Below, one piece after another: positions 48,466 through 56,660 of a stretch of DNA of 64,000 nucleotides. The notes beneath the pieces are model-generated. The model made no database searches and was not told the origin of the DNA. It saw nothing but the letters and a program-made list of their open reading frames with translations. Every line of letters starts with the position of its first letter. Positions within the stretch are counted from its first letter, which is position 1. Both the position numbers and the translations under genes were made by a program. The stretch spans positions 64,001 to 128,000 of the forward strand of contig CAVQNG010000003.1 of the NCBI GenBank assembly GCA_963713825.1, in the 5' to 3' direction. Origin of the DNA: an uncultured Acidobacteriota bacterium (GTDB lineage Bacteria > Acidobacteriota > Thermoanaerobaculia > Multivoradales > JAHEKO01).

Positions 48466-49908
48466 CTACCCCGTGGCTTCTGCGACCTCGATTCGTTTCT
48501 TCTTGTCGACCCGCGCGTAGTCGTAGAGTCCGGCCTCGTCGAAGATGACGCGATCTTCGTAGTCGTCGAACCAGATGGCGTCCGGATTGCGACCGACGAT
48601 GCAGACCTTGCCGCGGTCGGGGGCGTCCAGTGCGTTGCGGAGGATCTTGAAGATCACCACACCGTTCTCGGTTCCAGGAATGCCGGGAATCGGCTCGTTC
48701 GTGACAGCGGCCACTTCGGTCTTGCCCTTGTAGTGCGTGATCGACAAGCGGGCATGCGTTTCCACGCCGGACAGCCCCTTCTGGGACTCGTTCAGGGTCT
48801 GCCACACGGTCTCGATCGGGACGTTGAAGGCTCGATAGGCCACGATGTCCCTGCCGCAGAAGAAGTAATGGTTGCCGACGCCGACCCGAAACAGGGCTCG
48901 TTGCATGACTCTGAGCGCTTCCGAGTCAGCGTTGACCCCCTTGATGATCGGCGCTTGGTTTTCGATCTGGATCCAACCCCGGGAGGTGAGCGCCTTCATG
49001 GCCCGCCAGGTGTCCTCGTGGAACCTGAGCGAACCGTTCGGATTGGTCAGGTAGGCACCATCAGGCCCCTTTTGCAGGAACTCGTCCGGGTGGTTGAAGT
49101 GGATCATCAACCGGAAACCGACATCCGGGTAGGTCTGGTGGAAGTTGTCCAGCATCGAGAGGAAAGCCTCGTCGAATCGCTTCGGATGGAAAGCCAGCTC
49201 CTTGGTGCCCAGTCGGATCGCTTCCACTCCGGCTTCCGCGAGAGAGGCTAGCCACTCGCCGATTTTCCGGTTGGGTAGCACCATCGGATCGCCGCCGGAC
49301 AACAGGACCTCGCGGAGCTTCTCGCGGCCCGTCTTCGGGTGCCTCCCACCGTTGGCGGCTACGATCTCGTTGTGGGCCCGCACGTAGTCGGTGACAGCTT
49401 TGATCTTCGCCAGCCCCTTCTTGGCAACGGTGCCGTCCTGGCGCTCGATCTCCTTCTGGCTGATCAATTCCTCGCGGTAGCAGAACCGGCAGTGTGCCGA
49501 GCAGGTGGAGACGACATAAAGCAGGCCCATCTCGTACTTGTGCAGCATTCCCTCCACCGGAGCGAAATCCATCTGGTAGCCGGGGTCCTCGGAGCCGGCC
49601 AGATTGAGCGTCTCGTCCGGACTGGCCTTGACGATCCTCTGTACCGCCTTGCTGTTCTTGGCAATCTCGAAATAGTGCCGGGTGATTTTCACCGGCATGC
49701 GCTCCTCCACGTCCCGTGCCGTTCCGTGAACGCGAGACAGTGCGGCAATTTCCTCCGGAGAGTAGAAGCTCTTCATGTCCTCCGGCGCCTTGTCCTCGTA
49801 GAAGGGCTTCAAGCCGATGATGATCTGACGGTCGTACTTGGGGTTCTCGATCGTGTCCAGGAACGCTTGTTCGCGCTGCGTCGGAACGTAGTTGTCGTCG
49901 GTTGCCAT
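48466..49908 (-). CDS. KamA-family radical SAM/PLP 2,3-aminomutase (divergent)
   Basis: HKY, CSAHCRFCYR, VLLSGGDP, IRLGTK, HFNHP.E, NQAPIIKGVN, LSG, KGKTE (putative PLP lysine). Confidence 0.88.
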   Translation of the reverse strand: MATDDNYVPTQREQAFLDTIENPKYDRQIIIGLKPFYEDKAPEDMKSFYSPEEIAALSRVHGTARDVEERMPVKITRHYFEIAKNSKAVQRIVKASPDETLNLAGSEDPGYQMDFAPVEGMLHKYEMGLLYVVSTCSAHCRFCYREELISQKEIERQDGTVAKKGLAKIKAVTDYVRAHNEIVAANGGRHPKTGREKLREVLLSGGDPMVLPNRKIGEWLASLAEAGVEAIRLGTKELAFHPKRFDEAFLSMLDNFHQTYPDVGFRLMIHFNHPDEFLQKGPDGAYLTNPNGSLRFHEDTWRAMKALTSRGWIQIENQAPIIKGVNADSEALRVMQRALFRVGVGNHYFFCGRDIVAYRAFNVPIETVWQTLNESQKGLSGVETHARLSITHYKGKTEVAAVTNEPIPGIPGTENGVVIFKILRNALDAPDRGKVCIVGRNPDAIWFDDYEDRVIFDEAGLYDYARVDKKKRIEVAEATG

Positions 49909-49972
49909 TTCACACCTCTTCTTTGGCTGTCGCTATCGGGATGCCATCTTTCGGAGTTGCTGATGTCAATCC

Positions 49973-50022
49973 GTACTGTAACACAATGTACTCTTGACTT
50001 GTGGTAATGTAACACAGTGAAC
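49973..50022. promoter_or_regulatory. Paired operator-like direct repeats in the divergent promoter region
   Basis: GTACTGTAACACAATGTAC (49973-49991) and GTAATGTAACACAGTGAAC (50004-50022). TTGACT lies between them; minus-strand TTGACA at 49964-49969. Confidence 0.55.
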
Positions 50023-50859
50023 ACCGCGGAAGTCCCCACCTCCACCAGAGACCTGGTAGCCGCGGTGAGCAGCGAGCTCACCCCCACCGAACGGCGCATT
50101 GCGGAAGCCGTGCTGGCAGAGCCGACGCTACTGGCCTTCGGTACGGTGTCGGACCTGGCGGGCCGCGTTCGCACCAGTCGACCGTCCGTTGTGCGTTTTG
50201 CCAGGAAGCTCGGCTTCGAAGGCTACACGCAGCTGCAACGAAACGTCCGCCGCGATCTCTCCCGCCGTCTCGCCCGCCCAAGTGAGCGGATCCGGCACGA
50301 TGACGAGACCGGCCGACCGGCCAGGGTGGCGCTCGACAGCGCCATCGCCTCCGTGTTCGAAGCGCTCGAGGGCGAACGGCGGGCGGCCCTCGCAGCACCC
50401 TTCGTGCGCGCAGAGAACGTCTGGGTCCTTTCCGGAGAGACCTCGCAGGCTGGCGCCCATGCGTTCCACAGTCGCCTCTCCATCGTCCGACCTGGCGTGC
50501 GTTTGCTCGACGAGCACTCGATTGGCACCGACCTGAGCAGTGCGGGACCCGGCGACGCGGCGATCGTCTTCGACTTCTTTCGCTACCGCCGCCGCGTGGC
50601 CACAGCTGCCCGCTTCCTCGCGGATTCCGGTGCCACCGTCGTCGCGATCACCGACAGCCCGCTGTCGCCTCTGGTAGAGATGGCCGATCTCTGGTGCGAG
50701 GTCGAGGTGCCGGCCATCGGCCCGTTCGACAGCTCGGTCCCTGTCGTTGCGATTGCCGAGTCGCTCGTCTCCCAGGTGGCCAGGGATCTCCAGAACGAGG
50801 CGACTGCCCGTATCGACCGCATCGAGGCGCTTTGGGAAGCGACAGAGGTCTTCCTTTAG
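50017..50859 (+). CDS. MurR/RpiR family transcriptional regulator
   Basis: LTPTERRIA, S.PSVVRFARKLGFEGY..LQ HTH. SIS domain with AITDSPLSPL. Confidence 0.92.
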   Translation: MNTAEVPTSTRDLVAAVSSELTPTERRIAEAVLAEPTLLAFGTVSDLAGRVRTSRPSVVRFARKLGFEGYTQLQRNVRRDLSRRLARPSERIRHDDETGRPARVALDSAIASVFEALEGERRAALAAPFVRAENVWVLSGETSQAGAHAFHSRLSIVRPGVRLLDEHSIGTDLSSAGPGDAAIVFDFFRYRRRVATAARFLADSGATVVAITDSPLSPLVEMADLWCEVEVPAIGPFDSSVPVVAIAESLVSQVARDLQNEATARIDRIEALWEATEVFL

Positions 50860-50913
50860 CTATTCAATACCCAGGATTCGACAACCAGGAATCGCAGCCC
50901 AGGAGGTGTACCG

Positions 50914-51624
50914 GTGATTGACAAGACTTACCTTTCCGTCGCGGAGGCCGTGGCCGATATCCCGGACGGCGCGACCGTGATGGTGGGTGGCTTTGGCGCC
51001 TCGGGTAGCCCGATCGAGCTACTCCACGCGCTGATCGACCAGGGCGCCACCGGCCTGACCGTCATCAACAACAACACCGGCAACGGTGATGTGGGGCTGG
51101 CGGCGCTGATCGGCAACGGTCAGGTCAGCAAGATGATCTGCTCCTTTCCCCGATCCAGCCAGTCCAGGGTCTTCCCGAAGATGTACCAGGCAGGCAAGGT
51201 CGAGCTCGAGCTCGTCCCGCAGGGGACCCTCGCCGAACGAATTCGGTCGGGGGGCGCGGGGATTCCGGCGTTCTACACCCCGACCACGGTGGGCACCATC
51301 CTGGCCGAGGACAAGGAGTCGCGGGATTTCGATGGGCGCACCTTCGTGATGGAGCGCTGGCTCAAGGCCGACTTCGCACTGATCAAGTGCGAGGTCGCCG
51401 ACTCCCTCGGCAACCTGACCTACAACAAGACAGCGCGAAATTTCAGCCCTCTCATGTGCATGGCGGCTTCAACGACCATCGTGCAAGCGAAGCGACTGGT
51501 GGCCCGCGGTGAGATCGACCCAGAGCACGTCGTCACGCCCGGCATCTTCGTGGATCGCGTCGTCGAAGTCTCTCAGCCGGTCCACGAGGACACCCTCATC
51601 GCCGCGGGAAGGAGTTACCCATGA
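50914..51624 (+). CDS. pcaI: 3-oxoacid (3-oxoadipate-type) CoA-transferase subunit A
   Basis: MIDK, VMVGGFG, NNTGNG..GLAAL, ICSFPR, PQGTLAERIR.GGAGIPAFYTPT, TARNF.P.M. Confidence 0.88.
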   Translation: MIDKTYLSVAEAVADIPDGATVMVGGFGASGSPIELLHALIDQGATGLTVINNNTGNGDVGLAALIGNGQVSKMICSFPRSSQSRVFPKMYQAGKVELELVPQGTLAERIRSGGAGIPAFYTPTTVGTILAEDKESRDFDGRTFVMERWLKADFALIKCEVADSLGNLTYNKTARNFSPLMCMAASTTIVQAKRLVARGEIDPEHVVTPGIFVDRVVEVSQPVHEDTLIAAGRSYP

Positions 51625-52268
51625 GCAACGGTTGGACTCGAGAGCAGATGGCAGCGAGAGCGGCCCAGGACATCCCCGACGGCTCGTACGTCAATCTGGG
51701 AATTGGCATTCCCGAGCTGGTCGCGAAGTTCGTTCCGGCAGGCCGAGAGTTCATCTACCACACCGAGAACGGCATGCTCGGCATGGGTCCGCCGCCCACC
51801 GACGAGGAGCGGGACCTGGACCTGATGAACGCCGGTAAGAAGTACGTGACCGAGGTCCCCGGCGCCGCCTATTTCCACCATGCCGACAGCTTCAGCATGA
51901 TTCGTGGCGGCCATATCGATGTCTGTGTTCTCGGCACCATGCAGGTGGCGGAGAACGGCGACCTCGCCAACTGGTCGACCGGAGAGCCAGGTGCCATTCC
52001 CGCGGTAGGCGGCGCTATGGACCTGGTTCAGGGAGTCGAACGCATCTACGTGATCACCCAGCACACGACCAAGACAGGCGAACCAAAACTGGTCGGAAGG
52101 TGCAGCTATCCGCTAACCGGGACAGGGGTCGTGTCGCGGATCTATACCGATCTCGCCGTGGTCGACGTCACCGCGGATGGGTTCCGTGTCTTCGAGCTGG
52201 CGCCGGAGATCACTTTCGAAGAAGTCGAACAGAAAACCGGGGCGCCGATCCTGCCGGCCGAGCGATAG
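51621..52268 (+). CDS. pcaJ: 3-oxoacid (3-oxoadipate-type) CoA-transferase subunit B
   Basis: YVNLGIGIP, HTENG (catalytic Glu), HHADSF.MIRGGH.D, IPAVGGAMDL. Confidence 0.88.
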   Translation: MSNGWTREQMAARAAQDIPDGSYVNLGIGIPELVAKFVPAGREFIYHTENGMLGMGPPPTDEERDLDLMNAGKKYVTEVPGAAYFHHADSFSMIRGGHIDVCVLGTMQVAENGDLANWSTGEPGAIPAVGGAMDLVQGVERIYVITQHTTKTGEPKLVGRCSYPLTGTGVVSRIYTDLAVVDVTADGFRVFELAPEITFEEVEQKTGAPILPAER

Positions 52269-52308
52269 CGCTGGTATCAAGTCCCTATTCGAGAACAGGA
52301 CATGACAA

Positions 52309-53508
52309 ATGACCGATGTATTCCTGTGTGATGGCATTCGAACGCCCGTCGGACGCTACGGCGGGGCCCTCTCAACGGTCCGGACAGACGATCTGGCAGC
52401 AATACCGATCACGGAACTGATGGAGCGGAATCCAGGGGTCGACTGGGACGCCCTGGACGATGTGATGCTGGGCTGTGCCAATCAGTCTGGGGAAGACAAC
52501 CGCAACGTGGCTCGCATGAGCAGCCTGCTGGCCGGTCTGCCCCAGGAGGTGCCGGCCTCGACCATCAATCGGCTGTGCGGCTCTGGACTCAATGCCGTGG
52601 GTACCTGCGCCAGCGCCATCAAGACGGCAGAGGGCGAACTGATGATCGCCGGCGGCGTGGAGAGCATGTCCCGCGCCCCCTTCGTCATCGGCAAGGCGGA
52701 AGGCGCCTTCGGACGGACGCAGGAGATGCACGACAGCACCATGGGGTGGCGCTTCATCAACCCGAAGCTGCAAGAGCAGTACGGCACGGATGTCATGCCG
52801 AAGACGGCGGAGAACCTGGCTGAGGAGTACGACATCAGCCGTGAGGATCAAGATCGCTTCGCGTTCTGGAGCCAGACCAAGGCAGCCACTGCGCAGGCCG
52901 ATGGTCGTCTTGCCGGTGAGATCTGCGCGGTCACCGTTCCGCGGCGCAAGCAGGACCCTCTGATCGTCGACCGGGATGAGCATCCACGCGAGACATCGCT
53001 CGAAAAACTCGCCAAGCTGCGACCGCTGTTTCCCGACGGCACCGTGACCGCGGGCAACGCCTCGGGCATCAATGACGGAGCCGCGGCCCTGCTACTGGCT
53101 TCGGAGGCAGGAGCCAAGCGCCACAACCTGGAACCCAGGGCCCGCATTCTCGGCATGGCCGTTGCCGGCGTACCGCCTAGGATCATGGGAATTGGACCAG
53201 TTCCGGCAACCCGCAAGCTACTCGCGCGTCTGAAGTTGACGCTGGACGATTTCGACATTCTCGAGCTCAACGAAGCCTTCTCGGCCCAAGCGCTCACCTG
53301 TACTCGGCAACTGGGGCTGGCCGATGACGACCCGAGGATCAACACCCGCGGGGGCGCGATCGCGTTGGGCCACCCGCTCGGCATGAGTGGCGCCCGCCTG
53401 GCGGTGACCGCGATGGATCAACTCCAGCGCGATGGAGGGAAGCTGGCGCTCTGCACCATGTGCATCGGGGTGGGGCAAGGGATCGCCCTCGTTCTGGAAG
53501 GACTCTGA
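52309..53508 (+). CDS. pcaF: 3-oxoadipyl-CoA thiolase (PcaF/PaaJ type)
   Basis: [60 protein letters not shown]. Confidence 0.9.
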   Translation: MTDVFLCDGIRTPVGRYGGALSTVRTDDLAAIPITELMERNPGVDWDALDDVMLGCANQSGEDNRNVARMSSLLAGLPQEVPASTINRLCGSGLNAVGTCASAIKTAEGELMIAGGVESMSRAPFVIGKAEGAFGRTQEMHDSTMGWRFINPKLQEQYGTDVMPKTAENLAEEYDISREDQDRFAFWSQTKAATAQADGRLAGEICAVTVPRRKQDPLIVDRDEHPRETSLEKLAKLRPLFPDGTVTAGNASGINDGAAALLLASEAGAKRHNLEPRARILGMAVAGVPPRIMGIGPVPATRKLLARLKLTLDDFDILELNEAFSAQALTCTRQLGLADDDPRINTRGGAIALGHPLGMSGARLAVTAMDQLQRDGGKLALCTMCIGVGQGIALVLEGL

Positions 53509-53510
53509 GA

Positions 53511-54815
53511 ATGGAATCACTCGAGCAAGCCATCGAAGGCGCCCGGGCGCGGTACGCGTCCGCCAATCCCCTCAGCCAGGCCGCGGATCACGAGGCGGAA
53601 CGTTGCCTGCCAGGTGGCAACACGCGCTCGGTCCTCTACTTCGAGCCCTTTCCCTTGACCATGGTCACCGGAGAGGCAGCAGAGCTGACCGACCTGGATG
53701 GTCACCAGTACGTTGATTTCGTAGGCGAGTTCTCCGCGGGCCTGTTCGGACATTCGAACGAGATCATCAAATCAGCGGTGCACGAGGCCCTCGACACGGG
53801 TGTCGTCATGGGTGCGCCGACCCGCTTCGAAAGAGAGCTGGCCAGCCTGTTGTGCGAACGGTTCCCCTCGGTCGACGAGATCAGGTTCTGCAACTCGGGT
53901 ACCGAGGCCAACATCATGGCGCTGGCCGCGGCGCGAGCCGTGACGGGCCGCGACAAGGTCCTGGTCTTCGAAGGCGCCTATCACGGTGGCGTCCTCAAAT
54001 TCCCGGCCGGAGGCTCGCCCCTCAACGTCCCCTACGACTTTGTCCTCGGGGTCTACAACGACATCGAAGGCACCGCCGAGTTGATCCACCGCGCGGGAGA
54101 CGAGATCGCGGCCGTCATCGTCGAACCTATTCTGGGCGCCGGCGGAAACATTCCCGGCAGCCTGGAGTTCCTGAAGATGCTCCGGCGAGAGACGCGGCAA
54201 GTCGGGGCGTTGCTGATCTTCGATGAAGTCAAGACCTCGCGGCTTGGCCCGGCGGGTCTCCAGGGTTTGCTGGGTATCGAGCCCGATCTGACAGCGCTCG
54301 GGAAGTACATCGGCGGCGGGCTGCCGACAGGCGCGTTCGGCGGCAGCGCCGAGATCATGGAACGCTTCAACCCGAAACAGAAGGGCTCCTGGGCCCACGC
54401 CGGTACCTTCAACAACAACATCTGTTCGATGGCCGCCGGCTGTGCGGCGATGAGTCGGGTCTATACGCCACAACGCGCGGCGGAGTTCTTCGCAACCTCC
54501 GAGGCATTTCGGGTGTCGCTCAACGAGATGTTCACAGAGCGAGAGGTGCCGATGCATTGCAACGGACTGGGATCCATCTTCGCGATTCACTTCGCACGTC
54601 AGCCGGTTCGAAAGACGGCCGATATCACCGCAGGATGCTTATCCCTTCGCCCCCTGCTGCACATGGAGCTGCTCCTCGAAGGCGTTCTGGTCTGCAGTCG
54701 CGGCGACATGTTCCTGTCGCTGCCGATGACCGAGACCCATCTTTCGAAGGCACGTCACGCCCTCGAAAGCTTCGCCGATCGTTACAAACCTCTGATTCTC
54801 GAAGTCCTGCAGTAG
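53511..54815 (+). CDS. Class III PLP aminotransferase, beta-amino-acid transaminase type
   Basis: PGGNTRSVL...PFPL, GEFSAGLFGHS, NSGTEAN, YHGG, VLGVYND.EGT, LIFDEV.TSRL, LGKYIGGG, AHAGTFNNN, SRG. These match my recollection of the Mesorhizobium/Variovorax beta-phenylalanine aminotransferases. Confidence 0.85.
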   Translation: MESLEQAIEGARARYASANPLSQAADHEAERCLPGGNTRSVLYFEPFPLTMVTGEAAELTDLDGHQYVDFVGEFSAGLFGHSNEIIKSAVHEALDTGVVMGAPTRFERELASLLCERFPSVDEIRFCNSGTEANIMALAAARAVTGRDKVLVFEGAYHGGVLKFPAGGSPLNVPYDFVLGVYNDIEGTAELIHRAGDEIAAVIVEPILGAGGNIPGSLEFLKMLRRETRQVGALLIFDEVKTSRLGPAGLQGLLGIEPDLTALGKYIGGGLPTGAFGGSAEIMERFNPKQKGSWAHAGTFNNNICSMAAGCAAMSRVYTPQRAAEFFATSEAFRVSLNEMFTEREVPMHCNGLGSIFAIHFARQPVRKTADITAGCLSLRPLLHMELLLEGVLVCSRGDMFLSLPMTETHLSKARHALESFADRYKPLILEVLQ

Positions 54816-54907
54816 TTCGGGGGACACAATACTGATTCCCACCGTTAGTGGGCTGCAGGGACGGGCAGGGGTGATTCGGAGCTGAGATGCTCGGGGAATC
54901 CGAAGTA

Positions 54908-54929
54908 TGGCTGGGAGGCAGGGATTCGA
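54908..54929 (-). repeat. Direct duplication of the tRNA-Gln 3' end (att-like)
   Basis: TGGCTGGGAGGCAGGGATTCGA is identical to 55078-55099. Confidence 0.85.
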
Positions 54930-55077
54930 GGATCGCAAGCGACCCTCGATGCGAGCTGTGTCTTCGGGGAGGGCAAAGCCCCTCCCCGTACCCCTCCCCA
55001 GGGGTTCGAATCCCAGCGAGTGCACTGACCCGCAGAGAACAAATTCGGAAGTGTGGTGCTTGAATAGTCAGGTGGGG

Positions 55078-55151
55078 TGGCTGGGAGGCAGGGATTCGAA
55101 CCCCGATTCCACGGTCCAGAGCCGCGTGTCCTACCATTGAACGACCTCCCA
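55078..55151 (-). tRNA. tRNA-Gln(CTG)
   Basis: TGGGAGG/CCTCCCA acceptor stem, anticodon arm CGCGG-CTCTGGA-CCGTG, GTTCGAATC T-loop, encoded CCA. Confidence 0.95.
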
Positions 55152-55329
55152 ACGGCGGCGAGATCCTAGCAATTCCCTAGGCGAGAGGTCAAACCCCGAG
55201 ATCGTCAGAACAATCAGGCAGTGACCCGAAAGTTCTATACTTGGCGAGGGTGATGTTTCCTGTGATCGATTCGAAAATCCGAGACACAGGAGTCCTGTGA
55301 ATCGCCATACCAAAGAGGGGGACGGGACC

Positions 55330-56241
55330 GTGTCAGAGACCAGACCCACGAACCTGCGTACCATTCTTGTCGCCACAGACTTCTCACAGACTGCTCAGGC
55401 GGGAATCGACTGGGCCGTGCTGTTGGCGAGCTCACATGGAGCCCGCATTGAGCTGGTGCACGCCCTCCTCGTACCGAATCGAGCAACAGACTTCGTTCCC
55501 TCGCCACCCGATTTCACCGAGGCGCTGCAAGAAGCTGCCTCCGGCAAACTGAACGAAGCAGCTGAAGCCATCCGGGCGAAAGGGGTGGAGGTCGATTCCC
55601 ATCTCCGCCTCGGAGTCCCGTCCCAGGTGCTCCTGCAGACCGCCGAAGACAAGGAGGTCGACACGATCGTCGTCGGCACACGCGGTCTCACAGGAATCCG
55701 ACACCTACTCCTTGGCAGCACCGCGGAGCGAGTCGTGCAGCACGCCACTTGTCCGGTATTGACGGTCCACCCCGGCGACGCCGATCACCACCGCGAGATC
55801 AGAACGGTTCTGGTCTCGACCGACTTCTCCCATGACTCCGAGACGAGCATCGCCGCCGCATTGCGCCTGCTCGGCCCGCAGCCCGAAGCCAAGCTCGTTC
55901 TGCTCCACGTCTATCATCTGCCCTACGAGTACACGGCATACGGCACGATCCCCACCTCGCTGGACTATTTCAAGGATGTCGAAGGCGCCGCAGAGGAACG
56001 CCTCAATGAGATGGCCCGCGTCCTCGGTCGAGAAGGCCTCACTGTCGAGACCGTGGCCAAGGAGGGCTATCCCCCGGACACGATCATCGATCAGGCAGAC
56101 GAGGTCGGTGCCGACCTCATCGCCCTCGGAACTCACGGCCGAACAGGCCTCGCACACCTGCTGCTGGGCAGCACGGCGGAGCGCGTCGTGCAACACGCAC
56201 GCTGTCCCGTGCTCACGGTGAAGACCGCAGGCGAAAGCTGA
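55330..56241 (+). CDS. Universal stress protein, tandem USP domains
   Basis: Two repeats of (I/V)LV.TDFS...G(T)RG/HG...LLLGSTAERVVQHA.CPVLTV. Confidence 0.92.
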   Translation: MSETRPTNLRTILVATDFSQTAQAGIDWAVLLASSHGARIELVHALLVPNRATDFVPSPPDFTEALQEAASGKLNEAAEAIRAKGVEVDSHLRLGVPSQVLLQTAEDKEVDTIVVGTRGLTGIRHLLLGSTAERVVQHATCPVLTVHPGDADHHREIRTVLVSTDFSHDSETSIAAALRLLGPQPEAKLVLLHVYHLPYEYTAYGTIPTSLDYFKDVEGAAEERLNEMARVLGREGLTVETVAKEGYPPDTIIDQADEVGADLIALGTHGRTGLAHLLLGSTAERVVQHARCPVLTVKTAGES

Positions 56242-56273
56242 CCGCTGATCAGGTATCTGGCTGCTTCACTGCT

Positions 56274-56355
56274 CCAAAGAGCGGCCGGCGCCGGCCGCTT
56301 CAGCCCCAAGCCCTCGAAGAACGCCCGGCGGTGAGCCGGGCTCCTCAACCCTCAG
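56274..56355. repeat. Two-hairpin repeat, second copy (see 9858-9948)
   Basis: AGCGGCCGG-CG-CCGGCCGCT and GCCCGGC-GGTGA-GCCGGGC-TCCTCAACCCT. Lies between convergent usp and tRNA-Ser. Confidence 0.7.
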
Positions 56356-56371
56356 GGCGGGTGGGTGGGTA

Positions 56372-56465
<94 letters not shown>

Positions 56466-56660
56466 GCGGTCCTTGCAGGACTTCACATTCTATGGGCCCC
56501 TTCGAGCCGGAGTCAAAGCATGCTTTCAGCCGCGGCTCCTCGGTTGGCAGACGCCCGAATCCCGGCTATGCTCGTGCCACCCCAAGCTGTTGGATCCCTT
56601 GACCACGCAACTCCACCATCCGTTGACGCCCCATCTCTCGCTGGAACGAAAGGCAGATTC

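Noticed and set aside
48466-49908. EF-P beta-lysylation protein EpmB or the classical lysine-fermentation KamA
   Set aside because: No efp/epmA or kamDE/kdd/kce neighbours, the protein is longer than EpmB, and the lysine-binding Asp residues appear absent.
50914-53508. Ordinary aromatic-degradation pca/cat operon
   Set aside because: No dioxygenase, cycloisomerase, enol-lactone hydrolase or IclR/LysR regulator in the window. Such genes elsewhere in the genome cannot be excluded.
53511-54815. hemL (glutamate-1-semialdehyde aminomutase)
   Set aside because: It has PGGNTRS rather than the HemL PGGVNSPVR motif, resembles beta-amino-acid transaminases, and has no tetrapyrrole genes nearby.
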